Shown here piece by piece: positions 1-13,800 of a stretch of DNA of 64,000 nucleotides (its first letter is position 1; each line of letters opens with the position of its first letter). Position numbers and translations under genes: made by a program. Under the pieces are notes generated by a model. The model made no database searches, was not told where the DNA came from, and saw only the letters and a list, made by a program, of their open reading frames with translations. The stretch comes from Camelus dromedarius (lineage: Eukaryota), in contig NC_087436.1 of NCBI RefSeq assembly GCF_036321535.1, forward strand, positions 32,118,001 to 32,182,000, given 5' to 3'.

Positions 1-964
1 ATATATTATAAATCAGCTTATGTAAAATTATGTGTGTATAATATGTGTGTGTGTGTGTGCGTATGCATAGCAAGATGGCTCAAAGAATGTTCATCAAAAC
101 TCTTTAAGAGTAGTTATTTCTAGGAAGCAGAATTTTTCATCCTTTATACTTTCCCCTTTATACATCTATGTATTTCAAAATTTTTTTTGGAAACAATGTA
201 TTATTTAATAATCAATCTATTACAAAGATATTTTCCATTAAAAAAAGAATTGAAGGTGTCCTAAAAGGTAAGTGTCATTTTAGGTCTAATACAATAATCT
301 TCAATGAGCTTATACATAGTTCTCCATTTTAAAACTGCAAGATATTTGGGACCATGCATTACACAGACTACTTAGGGCATATTTTGAACATAGCAAGTGT
401 TTAATATTTTTCTTTAACTAATTTTCATCAGTATGAAATTCAGTAAAACAACACACTGAGTGAACTGGATCACAGTGAAATTTTCCCAATGCACAAGATG
501 ACTTCCCAGTGAGCTGAGCAGCATGGTATGGCCTTATTAGACAAGAGCCTGCCACTATAGCCAAGGGCAAGCCTGTCACTGCCTGGACACATCCGCATCA
601 TCCTCCCAGAGATGCTATCAAGAGCCTCACCCCCTTTAGGTAGAAATGAAAACCAAACCAATGTGAGGACAGCCTGGCAATTGTTACAGCACAAACGAGA
701 CAAGTGGAAACAGTGTCATCTGCAGAAAACTAATTCAACAGTTTGTCCCCTAAACTGTAAACCTTCCTCAGAAAAAGCACTGCACTTTTTTATGCATGAT
801 AACAAAGCTGACTACAAGTGCAGAAAGGAAAAACAAGTGGAAGAACAAGCCACGGTGTGCTCATAGTGCAACAGATATAAGAATAGTTTCATGTGAGACT
901 TTATAGTAATTCTTCCAGACCCCGTGTCCCTCTTGTATGTCTAAGGGAAAATTAATTTTCTTAC

Positions 965-1005
965 CTGTCCAGGTTGCTCTTGGACTCTTCTTTGTTCCTT
1001 TGAAT
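965..1005 (-). pseudogene. Candidate exon, 41 nt, with near-ideal splice sites
   Basis: Acceptor tttttgtattttctctgtatctgttccttattcag; donor CAG|gtaaga; purine-rich and open in all three frames. Confidence 0.55.
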
Positions 1006-4000
1006 CTGAATAAGGAACAGATACAGAGAAAATACAAAAATGGACAAGTCCCAGTTGATTTATATATTAAAGAGTTGACAGAGGTGGCAAGAGGAGGAAG
1101 GAGGGAGAGAGACCAGGGAATCACATGAAATGTGTGTCAGGAGGATTATAAAGTGTCGGCTGGAGATTCAGAGCTTAGGGGAGCACCTGATGTCCAGAGG
1201 GAAGGGAATGAGGATAACAGTGAACTAGAGAGATTTTAAGATGCTCTTTCTATATTAAGAATGCATAACACATACTAAAACCTATTAAACTGTATGCTTT
1301 AGATGGGTGAATTGTATGGTAATGTGAACTGTACCTCAATAAGGCTATTTTTTAAAAAGAGTACCCTCCCAGAAAAATGCACATCCCATTTAGACAGGTT
1401 ATTAAGAAAGTAGCAAAATATTTTAAGAACTCTAATTACTTTTTGGGGAACTACACCATTTCTTTAAATTATTCTTGCACAGAGACTGAGTCATGTGGAA
1501 CTTCAGTTATGTTTGGGTTATAATATATTAAAGGTCCTTAGATCCTAGAGGATCCTTAAAGATACTCTAGTCCACACTATCACTTCAAAGGTGAGAAAAT
1601 GAAGCTGGAAAGGTTAAGTTTTCATTATGACACAGGAGTAAAGCTAGAAACACAGGAGTAAAGCTGGGAACTATGGAGATCTGATCTCCACTCTTTTGAA
1701 ATCTACCACCCCACCCCCGTCTAACACTTTTCCTGCTATTGTTTACAGAAAGGAACAATTTGAGGATAAACATGATCAGAACATGTAGTTATTATGCCCA
1801 TAGCTCAATCAAGTTTTTCTGGCCTTTAAAACAAATCAGTTAGACTGGCATCAATCCAAGCAGTTGTATAGCATTGCCCAGCTAACAGCCTCGCCATGGA
1901 GATTGGAACTTTCTGGCCCAATCCTGGAGAATAATCAGTCCTCACAATGGCAGTGTTGCCCTCACCTCCTTTTGAAGAGCAACAGGAAAATAACAATGGC
2001 TACCATTTATTTGGGCTCTTATCTACATCAACTTGGGCAGGGCATTCAGAGCCCTATGACACTAGAATTTGGAGAGTTCAATTTGAAAAAAAAAGTTTTT
2101 AAACTACTAGACGCCATTAATGTAAATAACACCCATCTGTGAATCATATCAGAAATTTATGAAGTTAATTATGGGATCTCATCTCTGATGCTCTCCCAGG
2201 ATGGCTCTTGGCACCTGCTATGTGCTAGGCGCTGGTCTAGACATTTTACATATGGCATCTCTTTAATCCTGACAATAATCTTATTACATGGGTATTAATC
2301 ACCTCATTTTGCAAATCAAAAAACTGAAAACACAATGGAAGCAGGACCAAACGAGTAGGAGACAAGTTTTGCAGTCAATACAATATCCTTACAGATCAAG
2401 GAGGGTAAACTTCATGATGTGATTTAAGGCTGTATGAAAAGAATCTCCTTTTATCCCAAAAGAGCACCCCAGTGCCTGTGCTCCATTCATCTGTGACTTA
2501 CATACCCTTAACAGTTACCTATGAATTTTAAAATAACCTAAGCATGGATCAGAGTAGACAATACTATACTACAGAATAAACTGGAATCTCAGTGGTCCGA
2601 CACAATAAAACTATTCCTTGTTCATGTAAGTCTGATGCAGATGTCTGGAATCCTTTAAGGGGATCCATGATGAGACAAGGAGAGCATGGACGATGGACGG
2701 TGCAGGATGTTTTAGATTCACAGCATACAGATCAGATCATTCAGGCCTACAAGCAAAGTACATCATTACCACCCACATTCTGCTGGCCAGAACTCAGTTA
2801 CATGGCCAACCTAACTGCACAGGCAGCTGGGAAATACAGGAAAGCAAAGGAGTGGGTGAGCACTATAATCCCCACCATACTCCTGAAAGAATTACAGCTT
2901 TGGTTCTTCTCTGTCAGCATATTGGTTAAGAGTCAGTAAAACAATAGACACAAGTAGTACATAAGGGATCTCTTTTTCAGGACAGAACCAGAAAGGAAGT
3001 GGTGGAAAAGAGACAGTGACAGAGATAAATGTACATACTTCACAATTTAGTTGGGTTCTGCCCAATTTGGAAGATCAGCCTCACTGTGTCTCCAGCTCCT
3101 TGTTCACACTTCCAAGGGCTTTGGCTGTGTGATGAGTCGGGCCTTACATCTTGCAAGTCTAAGTCCTCTCAGAAATATTAGAAATAAAGCTGGTTGTTCA
3201 TTTTATTCCTAGACGCAAACAGGTATTTGGGGAAATACAATAAATATTCTCCTGACAAGCTGATTGTAACAGCTATTAATAAATTGACATCTTTTTCCAT
3301 TTATTTCTACCATAACTCAAAAACAACAAAACAATGAATTGTCCCCCCCAAAAATGATGAATCAAACTTGACAATGCAAAAAAACTTAAATAATATATTT
3401 AAAGGAAAAATTATAATGTATTAAAACATTAATAATAGCTATTGGTACATGATCCAATTATTCTAGAAACCTGGCTTGAAACCCTCTTCTTCAATCAGTT
3501 TAGTCACCAACTACATTTGATTTTATCTCCAAAATATCTCTCAAGTTCATCATCTTCTCTTAATCCTTCTATCCCCATTGTGGCTGGCTCAAACGTTCTC
3601 ACCTGGAGTATCACATCACCTCCTAGATGATCTCCCTGCATTCAGTCTTGCCCACTCTGTCAATCACACTTTGGGGGAGCAGTGAGCTTAACTGCACCGT
3701 GCAAGGGAATCCTTTTAGAAGCTGGTTGAACATGCTGATTCCCAAGTTTTGCGCCAGAAATTCTAATTCAGTGGATCTAAGGTACAGTTCAGGGCTCTGA
3801 ATTTTTAAAAGGCATTCCAGAAGATGGTGATGTGTGTGGTCCTAGGAGAAATGTTGCTCCATACAAAATCTGGGCAAGAATCCCAAGTCTCAATTGCCAG
3901 TCCTCTGGTTAAAGCAATTAAATAGTTCATCTCTCCTCACTGGATAAATTCCAGGCCCTTTACTATAGAGTATAGAGCCTCCAAGACCCAGGCCTTGAAT

Positions 4001-5373
4001 ATCTCTCCAGCCTCCTGTTTCACTATTCCTCCTCAAACCTTACACTTTCAGAACCACCAATGCCAAACTATTTGTATGTCCTGAGCACACTGTCTTGTTG
4101 CATGCCTCCATTTTAGCCCATGCTGTTCTGGCTACACAGAATTTCCTTGTGCATTGTCTTTCTGATAAACCAGCATTTAACTTCAAAATTGAGCTTCAGT
4201 CATCCTTTGTTAATTTCCTCTATTATGCCACCGTTAACTCTGTCAGAGTTAACGTCTTCCTCCTCTTTCTTCCTCCTGTCTGCTCCTGACCTTTGTATGA
4301 CTTCGACTTCGGTACTGCACATCTTTGTTTACATTCCTCTCATTCTCTGTCTTTTCATCATCTTACCTCCTTGCTTTATCTCCATGCCTGGCACTTACAA
4401 GGCACTAAATAAACATTGTTCAATGATCAGTACACAGAAAAACTGAGCTCCTCTGGGGATAGCAATAAATAAGGATTTTTTTTTGGATTATCTGATTAAG
4501 TTAAACATTTTACCTCAGCTCAGTTTTATAGCATTTTCTATCTCCTAAATTATTCAAATTAATTCTACAAACACTTTTTGAAATCCTCCTGTGCATGTCA
4601 TTGTACAATAGCGCTTTCTAAAATCCTATGTTTATATGCTAAAAACTATGAGATATAGACTTTCTTTGCCTTTCATCCACTACTGGTCTTTCATTTTCTT
4701 AGTTAACTAATAGGTTTTGTCCCACTTAGATGATGTACTAAAACTTTGTGGACTGTTATCTTTTGAGATACTTATACTAGTAATGGATGTTTCCCTCCAG
4801 AAAAAGCTAAAAAATTTTTCCAAATAGTATAATATCTGGTAGTGTTAAAATATTTCCATACTTTTGTGTTTCTACCTAATAGGTTAGTTGGGGAAGTGCA
4901 TGAGAAAGTTAATAGCAGCCTAGTATTCAACCCACATCTCTAAGCAATCAATAAGTTGAGCTGTTTTTTTTTTAACTACATGACCTAAGCACCTAACTTA
5001 CATCCTGAGAGAGAGTGTTAGGTAATAGAAAGAATGGACCACTGCCTTTCTATATTTATCTCTGGATCTTTGTACTTAACTCAAAAGATCTCTGGATTCT
5101 GAAAGCAGACTGTGGCAGTTTAAAACGTGGCATAAACATGGTAGCCTTGATCACCCCAAGGCAAATTAAACAACCTCCTTTGTACGTTTAATCAAAAGTT
5201 TAGGTCAGGATCTTAAGCCTGCACATAACAATGTACTTAAACATTGCTGCTTTATACAACTCCATATATATTTTATTGTGTAAGTTTGTCTCTCAAAGGA
5301 GAAAATGTTAACATAAAATAGAAAGTAAAACTCTTAAACTTGCCAACATTCTGCAGTCTAAAATAATTTTCTA

Positions 5374-8300
5374 TGAGAAGAAGCAAGATGGCGGAGTAAA
5401 AGGACGCTTGTAGCTCACCCTCTCCCACAAATACACCAAAACTCACATCTACAGACCCACTCAGCCAACCAGAGCACCTGCCGAACTCCGACAGAACATC
5501 GCCCTCTTCGAAAGACGAAGACGCCAAAAATCTGGTGGGAAAAAAGGAAAAAAGGAAGAAGAAAAAGCAAAACAGTGCAGGACCAATCCTGCGGGGAGGG
5601 AGCGGCAAAGGAGGGCTGGCGTTCATTCACTGGGTCTCCCTCCTCCAACAGAGAGGCCAGTGAGATGGAGGGGGAACCTCCGAGGCTCAGATCTGCCCCG
5701 AGCACCCCTTGACTGACAGAACTGAGTTAAACGGGCACAAAGGGTCCCCATGACACCCAGCCCGAGACGTGACCCGGCAGCTGGGGCCAGGACAGGCTGC
5801 CCAAGCCGGGCGGAGGACTGGGGTGGCTGCACTGAGGCAGCCCTGGGGGACTGCAAGGGGCTGCACGCTGTGGCTGGGAAGGGATACAGAGCAGAACAAC
5901 CTCAGTCCCCCATAAATTGTGATAAAAGCAAAGGTACACAGCTGGTGTGCCATGGGGGGAGGGGCACCATAGCCTTTGTCTCCTCAGACCTGCGCTGCCA
6001 TTACTGGCACTTCTCCCAAGGAGAGAGGCGGGGTGCAGCCACAGCTGCCATCTCCTCCTGTGCCAGTGCCCAGGCGGGGGCGGGGCCGAGCCCTGAATCC
6101 GCACCTGGTGGCTCCACAACCTCCTAGGCAGGACTGAGACTTGTTTACAGCTGGAGGCAGATAGGATCTTTCTGCCCTGGTACTCAGAGAACTTGTACCG
6201 CCAAGACAAACAAGGAGCTGAGATTTGGCATGGAGCAGAGGCGGGGCCGTTCCGCGCTCTTCCCCGAGCCCACCTTTGGAACTCCGACCTGAGGCAGAGC
6301 AGGCAGCTGCACAGAGCAGTGCAGCGACCCAGCGCCGGGAAAGGGTGGGCGGCAACCCGCTTTCCTGGCAGGAACGCAGCACCTGACCACAGTGCTGGGA
6401 GAGGGCACGATCCGCCCACCTGCCTCCTCCGAGTGCAGCATCTGACTGCAGCATCGGGAGGGGGAGTGACCCACCCGCCCACCAGATAAGAGCTTAGCAC
6501 CTGAGACCCAGTGTTGGCAGGGGGCATGATCTGCTAGCTGACAGCCACTGGGAGCAGCACAGGAGAGGGTGCCAACAGAGGGCCTCTGGAAACAGCAAGC
6601 TGAGTTTGAGAAAGAGGCCGAAGACACAAAGACCTCTCAATAAAATCATTAAAAGCACAGCGTCTCCAGGAGAACTAGATAACTGATACTCCTTAAGCCA
6701 CAGTGCCAGAGAGATATGAGCAATATGAAGAAGCAGAGGAACCACTCCCAATTAAAAGATCAAGAGAAATCCCCTGAAAGCACCATCAAGGAAATAGACA
6801 TTGATGGCCTACTAGATCAAGATTTCAAAAAAGGAGTGATCAAAGTACTGAAGGAAATAAAAGAAATAGTGTTTAGAGATATAAAATATGTCAAAAATGA
6901 AATAGAAGCTATAAAGAAGAACCAAGTAGAATTAGTAAACTCATTTGCTGAGATGAGAGCTGACCTAAAGGCTGTACAAAGCAGGCTAGATAATGCAGAG
7001 GAACGAATAAGTGACCTAGAAGACAGGACAATAGAAAGCACCCAATCAGAACAGCTGAAAGAAAAACAAAAAACAATGAAAACAATATAAGGGACCTATG
7101 GGATAATATAAAGTGTGCCAATCTACGCAAAATAGGGGTTCCAGAAGGGGAAGAAAGAACAAAGGGGATTGAAAAGGTATTTGAAGAAATCATGACTGAA
7201 AACTTCCCAAACCTAAAGGAATCAGATATCCAAGTACAGGAGGTTCAGACGGTCCCAAACAGGAAGAACCCAAACAGACCCACACCAAGACATATTACAA
7301 TCAAGATGGCCAGAGTCAAGGATAAAGAAATGTTCCTAAAGGCAGCAAGAGGAAAACAAAGAGTGAGGTACAAGGGAACCCCCATAAGGCTCTCAGCTGA
7401 TTTCTCTACACAAACACTACAGGCCAGAAGGGAGTGGCAAGATATATTCAAAGTCCTGAATGAAAAAAAGATGCAGCCTAGGATACTCTATCCAGCAAGG
7501 CTATCCTTTAGAATAGAAGGAGAGATAAAAACTTCATAGACAAGCAAAAACTAAAAGAGTTTAGCAACACTAAACCCATGCTAAAAGAAATATTGACAGG
7601 TCTACTCTAAATAGAAAAGAAGCAGGATGCTACAAAAATGAGAAACTCATAACTGGAAAGGAGATAACTGCCATGAATTACAAAAAGAATAAACACAAAA
7701 TTGTAAAAGAAGACATCTAAATCATTAAGAGTGGGAGAGGGAAGCAAGGAAAGCCATTGTGGAAAACAGTATGGAGATTCCTCAAAAGACTAGGAACAGA
7801 CTTACCATGTGACCCAGGAATCCCGCTCCTGGGCATAAATCCAGAAGGAACCCTACTTCAAAATGACACCTGCACCCCAATGTTCATAGCAGCACTATTT
7901 ACAATAGCCAAGACATGGAGACAGCCTAAATGTCCATCAACAGATGACTGAGTAAAGAAGTGGTGGTATATTTATATGATGGAATACTATTCAGCCATAA
8001 AAACTGACAATGTAATGCCATTTGCAGCAACATGGATGTTCCTGGAGAATGTCATTCTAAGTGAAGTAAGACGGAAAGAGAAAGAAAAGTACCATATGAG
8101 ATCGCTCATATGAGCAATCTCAAAACAAAACAAAACAAAACAAAACATAAATACAAAACAGAAATAGACTCATAGACATAGAATACAAACTTGTGGTTGC
8201 CAAGGGGGTTGGGGGTGGGAAGGGAAAGACTGGGATTTTAAAATGCAGAATAGATAAATATGATTATACTGTATAGCACAGGGAAATATAAACAAGATAT

Positions 8301-8453
8301 TGTGGTAGCTCATAGCAAAAAAAAATGTGACAATGAATATATATATGTTCATATATAACTGAATAATTGTGCTCTACACTAGAATTTGACACAACATTGT
8401 AGTAAAATGACTCTTACTCAATAAAAAATGTTAAAAAATACATAAAATAAAAT
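5374..8453 (+). mobile_element. L1-derived element with complete 5' UTR, ORF1 and 3' end, lacking nearly all of ORF2
   Basis: Starts GAGAAGAAGCAAGATGGCGG; CpG-rich 5' UTR; ORF1 6716-7610; abrupt junction at ~7752 to the ORF2 C-terminus (WRFLKRL...[23 protein letters not shown]); 3' UTR and A-rich tail; 14-bp TSD AAAATAATTTTCTA at 5360-5373 and 8454-8467. Confidence 0.93.
6716..7610 (+). pseudogene. L1 ORF1p, disrupted by frameshifts near 7070 and 7530
   Basis: Coiled coil (SRLDNAEERISDLED), RRM (ENFPNL...PTPRHI) and CTD (YKGTPIRLSADFS...ARREW...ILYPARLSF) motifs in ORFs 6716..7090 and 7192..7539. Confidence 0.92.
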
Positions 8454-8559
8454 AAAATAATTTTCTAACACAGCAAGACACTGCTTCACTTCAGCAGAAG
8501 AGTGGAGTTATTACTAATGTACTCTTTCCGATATCAAAATAGTAAGAATGATTACTCAT

Positions 8560-8648
8560 CCTATATCTGTTGCAATAGAGTTATCTGGATGTGGTAAAAA
8601 TAGCTCCAAGAACAGTCTTCACTCTAGCTATAAACCTGTAAATCTTCC
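8560..8648 (-). pseudogene. Candidate pseudo-exon, 89 nt, with a probably mutated donor (atgagt)
   Basis: Acceptor ttctcatctttgtag; GRFTGL*LE*RLFLELFLPHPDNSIATDIG. Confidence 0.4.
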
Positions 8649-8899
8649 CTACAAAGATGAGAACTGTCCACAGCAATCAACAGCAACACTCCCAGACACC
8701 CAAACAACACAGTGCTGAGCAGTCGAAGAGCATTGTTAAACATTAACCAGGAAATCACTCCGAGCATCCTGCTTCCTCTTCCCAAAGAACAAATGTCCTT
8801 AGTGCACAAACAGACCAAAACTCAAAGATATCCCAGAAAATACACCATGTAGAGTTGCAAATATGCCTTACAGAAGAATAAGAATTTATAACAAAGTTT

Positions 8900-9600
8900 A
8901 AAATCATTTGTAAGGTGGCTATATTAAAAAAAAAAACAGAAAATAACAGTGTTGATGAGGATATAGAGAAACTGAAAGTCTCATACATTGCTGGTGGGAA
9001 TATAAAATGGTGATACCTTTTGGCAATTCCTTAATAAGTCAGACATAGGATTACCATATGACCCAGCAATTTCACTCTTAGGTATACACCAAAAGAACTG
9101 AAAATAAGGACTCAGACACTTACACACGAATATTCACAGAAACACCAACCATTCACACCAAAGGGTGGGGAAATCACAGATGTCCATCAACAGATGAATG
9201 GATAAATAGAATGCAGTATATATACACAATGGAATATTATTCAGTCTTACAATGGAGTGAAGTACTGATACATGCTACAACACTGATGAACCCAGAAAAC
9301 ATGCTAATAGAAGAAGCTAGTCACAAAAGGCCACATACTGTATGATTCCATTTATACGAAACATCTAGAGTAGGCAAATTTGTAGACAGAGAACAGATCA
9401 GTTGCTAGGAGCTGTGGAGATGGGAGAATGGGAGTGACTGCTTAATGTCTCCTGTTTCCTTTTGGAGTGATGAAAATGTCCAACACTAATAGTAGTAACA
9501 ATAGTATGACATTGTGAGAGTCCCAAACGCCACCGAAATGTACACTTAAAATGGTTAAAATGGTGACTTTTACCTTATGTGAATTTAACCACAATAAAAA
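8900..9600 (+). mobile_element. Old L1 (L1M-type) 3' fragment
   Basis: GCTGGTGGGAATATAAAATGG, CCATATGACCCAGCAATT and TGTCCATCAACAGATGAATGGATAAA L1 3' motifs, ending in AATAAAAA. Confidence 0.85.
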
Positions 9601-10392
9601 AGATCATTTGGCAGCTAAATCACTTTTAGATGCAATGAAATTCTAAGATATTCCATAGTAAAAATACTTTTGATTAAAGTATACTTATCAACACAAGTAT
9701 CTGTAAATTGCTTGAATTATCAAATGTTATCCTTAACTTAACTGCCCCGTTTGTAGATAAATTCGCCATTACAGTAGAATTTCAAAGAATTTTGAAATTA
9801 GAAGGCATCTGGTGAATATTTGTTGTATTGAATTGAAAAGTAGCAAAGTCAAGTAACATAAACCCCAAATTCATAAAAATTTTGGTAATGCAAGATGACT
9901 ACAGATATCTCCTATTAAATGTCTAGAGGACCACAAATTCTCAGAAGTCTGAGGAAAACTAATGTTCTATTTTTAAAATGAATAAATGCTCAGCATCCCA
10001 AAGAACTACTGGCCTATATCATTACTCAGCATTATGTATAAATATGAAGATTCATCAACAAAGTTTATGCTGAGTGCTTATTATGTGTCAGGCACTATTT
10101 TAGGCATTGGAAATATGAAATTTATTAAGTCAAGATTTCTGCCCTGAAGGATCTGATTTTAGCAGGTGGGCGGGTTGGGTATACTATTTTATTTGCAGTT
10201 AAATTTCACCATCAAACACTGAGCTCAAGTATATGCTGGCCCTATGTTCAGATTTTTGACATAAAGATAAATGGACAGCTTTCAGTGTTAAATGCATTAA
10301 ATACTGCACAACATATTCAACAATTAGAAAAAAATCTAGGGAGTAGTATAAATATGTGTACGTATTTTATGTGTGTGTATATATATATACAC

Positions 10393-10419
10393 GTGTGTGT
10401 GTGTGTGTGTGTGTGTGTG
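10393..10419 (+). repeat. (TG)n microsatellite (others: (AC)n ~16905-16932, (CT)n(CA)n ~36461-36527, (AGAC)n ~42454-42484)
   Basis: Direct reading. Confidence 0.95.
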
Positions 10420-10537
10420 CATACATTTAGTAGCACAAGTATAGCGACAAGCCTTTCAATTTGAGGAAAAACTCATTCAGGACAGAGGTCCTTGGTTGCT
10501 AACAGAGTCTTCCCTTGACTTCAGACTTAAGACAAAC

Positions 10538-10680
10538 CAAGGAGTCTGTCAGTATACAAAAACCACTGTATTCAGAAAAGTAGCAACAGGATAGATAAAC
10601 GCGTTGGATCCTGCCAATTCAGATTGTGGGGGCCAGTCTGAAGGGTTGGCTGGAAGCAGGAAAAGTTGAAGCTCCAGTAT
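10538..10680 (-). pseudogene. Candidate pseudo-exon, 143 nt, with a mutated acceptor (AA instead of AG)
   Basis: Pyrimidine tract ctgtctctatactgttgttttaatctacaa; donor TTG|gtttgt; TGASTFPASSQPFRLAPTI*IGRIQRVYLSCCYFSEYSGFCILTDSL. Confidence 0.35.
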
Positions 10681-10907
10681 TTGTAGATTAAAACAACAGT
10701 ATAGAGACAGAATGGTTAGTGCAGTTTTCACAAATCCCAGGTTTTGCAGACAAACTCCTAAGATGCTTTCCCCAAACAGTGAAGGATCTTATGAATAAAA
10801 TGGAAACCATGCATGTTTTACATACTGTAGTTTTACATATACCAGTAACATCACCCAGAACAGTAGAGGGATGAATGGGCAACAGTAAGTACAGATAAAA
10901 AACTTAC

Positions 10908-10973
10908 TGCTATTATCTTCCTAAGTGGTTTTTAAAGCAAAGCACCAATAAATCAGTATCATCATGCTGTCAT
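10908..10973 (-). pseudogene. Candidate pseudo-exon, 66 nt (phase 1 to 1)
   Basis: Consensus donor GCA|gtaagt; acceptor ttgtctag (alternatives nearby); DSMMILIYWCFALKTT*EDNS. Confidence 0.4.
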
Positions 10974-11989
10974 CTAGACAACTGCTGTGAAACATCACGC
11001 TGGATGTATGAGTTGGTAATCACATTCTAAATTCCTAAGCTCTGTTTTATTCATGTTCTGTCTCCTCAATCAATCAGAAGAGTGAGTAAATGTAAGACTG
11101 TTATCACTTCAAGAAAGAAATTTCTGATACACAGAACCCTGTACCAGGCACTGTGGATTACTCAAGAGTTAACAGATGACATCTTTACCTTGTGTAAGTT
11201 GTCCTCTGGGTGGGTAGGCAAAATGCCCATCAGGACTATTTAAGAGCAATTACAGAGTGACATAAGATCTAAACACACGTGGGTCAGTATAGTATAAACC
11301 AAGCTTCCACATGCTATGAGAATGTGAAGTATGAACTACTCACAACCAGAACATTTACCTGATACTCACTGCCCTTCTGATACAGCACATGCTATGGTTT
11401 ACACGCTCCCCTGAAGTCAAAAACCAATACTAACCCTGACCTACTTTATTCCTATCACACGTAGGGGTCAAGGAGAGGATATCTAGGGCTTATTGTGCTG
11501 CCATGCACTTTGGTAGGCATTTTTATATTTAATCTCATAAAAACCCAGGCTAGTTCTCTTCCTTCCCCTTCTCCTTCTCCTTCTCCTTCATCATCATCAT
11601 CATCATCATCCCCATTTAATACTTATCCAAGCTCACCCAGCAACTAAATGTGATGGTTGGGGAGGAGTCATTGGACCCAAGTTTGATTTCTAAGACTATT
11701 TTTCCCACACGATTTTGCTCCATGGTGCCACACTCCTGAGAGCACACTGAAGAGTTGTTGCCCTATAGTAATGGGTCTTTTCCAGAGGTGCTTCTTAGAA
11801 TTACTCCAAAAGCTTTTCAAAATATACATACTGAGCGCCATATCCGAGATATATCAGTCAGAAATTCTAGGGCTGGGGCCTGGGCATATATGTCTCTAAA
11901 ATTCTACCAAGTAATTTTATACACTCATCTGATTAAGAAACTCTGCCTTCAAGTATGCTGCCAGAGTAAAACATCAACTACATAATCTA

Positions 11990-12255
11990 ACATGCTGAAG
12001 AATATGAATTTACAGATTAAAAGGGCTACAGAAATGCCTGGTTTAATTGATGAAAACAGATCCACACCAAGGGACATCATTATGAAATGTCAAAACACTG
12101 AGAAAATAAACTGTGCAGAGATTTTCTTCTTAAATCACATGTAAAAAATATGAGGAATCAGAATGGCTTTAGACATCTCAACAACAATACTTAAAATTAG
12201 AAGATGAAGGAATAATAGCTTCAAAATCAAAAGAAAACTATTTCCAACCTAGAAT
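11990..12255 (+). mobile_element. Degenerate L1/HAL1 ORF1 fragment
   Basis: AGATCCACACCAAGGGACATCATTATGAAA...AATCAGAATGGCTTTAGAC...CAACCTAGAATT resembles the ORF1 C-terminal half. Confidence 0.6.
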
Positions 12256-12271
12256 TTTTCTTTTCTATATA

Positions 12272-13137
12272 GTTTTTTTTTTTTGAGTTGAAGTACAGTC
12301 ATTTACAATGTGTCAATTTCTGGTGTACAGCACAATGTCCTATTCATGCATATACACACATATATTCATTTTCATTTTCTTTTTCATTAAAGATTATTTC
12401 AAGATATTGAACACAGTTCCCTGTGCTATACAGAAGAAATTTTTTAAAATCTATTTTTATACATAATGGCTAACATTTGTAAATCTCAAACTCCCAAATT
12501 TATCCCTTCTCACTCACTTTCTGCGGTAACCATAAGATTGTTTACTATGTCTGTGAATCTGTTTCCGTTTTGTAGATGAGTTCTTTTTTTTTTTTTTTTT
12601 TAGATTACACATATGAGTCCTATAATATGGTATTTTTCTTTCTCTTTCTGGCTTACTTCACTTAGAATGATGATCTCCAGATCCATCCATGTTGCTGCAA
12701 ATGGCATTATTTTATTCTTTTTTATAACTCAGTAGTATTCCATTGTATTAAAATACCACAGCTTCTTTATCCAGGCATCTGTCGATGGACATTTAGGTTG
12801 CTTCCATGTCTTGGCTATTGTAAATAGTGCTGCTATGAACATTGGAATGCATGCATCTTTTCAAATTAGAATTCCCTTCGGACATATGCCCCGGAGTGGG
12901 ATTACTAGGTCATATGGTAAATCTATTCTTAGTTTTTTGAGGAATCACCACACTGTTTTCCATAATGGCTGCACCAAACTACATTCCCACCAATAGTGTA
13001 GGAGGGTTCCCTTTTCTCCACACCCTCTTCAGCACTTACCATTTGTGGACTTCTGAATGATGGCCATTCTGACTGGTGTCAGGTGATACCTCATTGTAGT
13101 TTTGATTTGCATTTCTCTGATAATTAGTGATATTAAG
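12272..13137 (-). mobile_element. Lineage-specific L1 3' fragment
   Basis: Poly-T start followed by reverse-complement L1 3' UTR and ORF2 end (GATCCATCCATGTTGCTGCAAATGGC, GGCTATTGTAAATAGTGCTGC). Confidence 0.9.
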
Positions 13138-13591
13138 TCTCAACAAAATGAAGAGGAGTTGTGCCATGATAACAAGCTATGGGACACAGTCAAAATGGAA
13201 AGGACTTAAAGGAAGTGCTAAAAGGAATAGAAAACACAGGGTAAGTATTCAGAAGGCAGCTGATCGAAGCCATGGTGAAGAGTAGATCATATTTTCATTA
13301 ATGCATTTAAGGTCAGAAAAAGAATGGTCAACTTTAGGGCTGGAAAAAAATATTAGACAATGCCTAAGCCAAGACTCTCTTTTTTAACCTATGAAGAAAA
13401 TGAGACCCAGGAAAGTTGTTACTTGCTCAATGTCATATAAGATTTATTTATTTCCTATTTAGACTCTTCCTACCATACTATTTTGGCCTCCTCTACCTGA
13501 GTTTCTTGAGGACGGGGACTTTAGCTTTCTAGATCATCCTTGCATTCCATAATCCTTGTTTAATGAGGAATTTGTGGTTATAAGTTCTCAC

Positions 13592-13800
13592 ACTTTAGGC
13601 TTCCTCCCTGCAAGTCGATCCTTTCCTCCAGTTCCCATAAACCATGCAAAGCAAGGTAACACCAATACAACATGTTTCTCTTCATGACTTTGTAGAGGAA
13701 GTAAATAAGCAGCCAGGTCTACTAGCAAATCATTTTGTTGCTCCAAAGATGAAGGAAGAGTCATATAGGCATCACCCCTTGGGGAGACTAAAATTCACTC
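13592..13800 (-). pseudogene. Candidate pseudo-exon, 209 nt (phase 2 to 1)
   Basis: Acceptor gctttcatctccctctag; donor AGT|gtgaga; ...TWLLIYFLYKVMKRNMLYWCYLALHGLWELEERIDLQGGSLK. Confidence 0.5.

Noticed and set aside
5727..6627. Overlapping 125-266-aa ORFs on both strands
   Set aside because: They lie in the GC-rich L1 5' UTR, have low-information Pro/Ala/Arg/Gly composition and show no recognisable domain.
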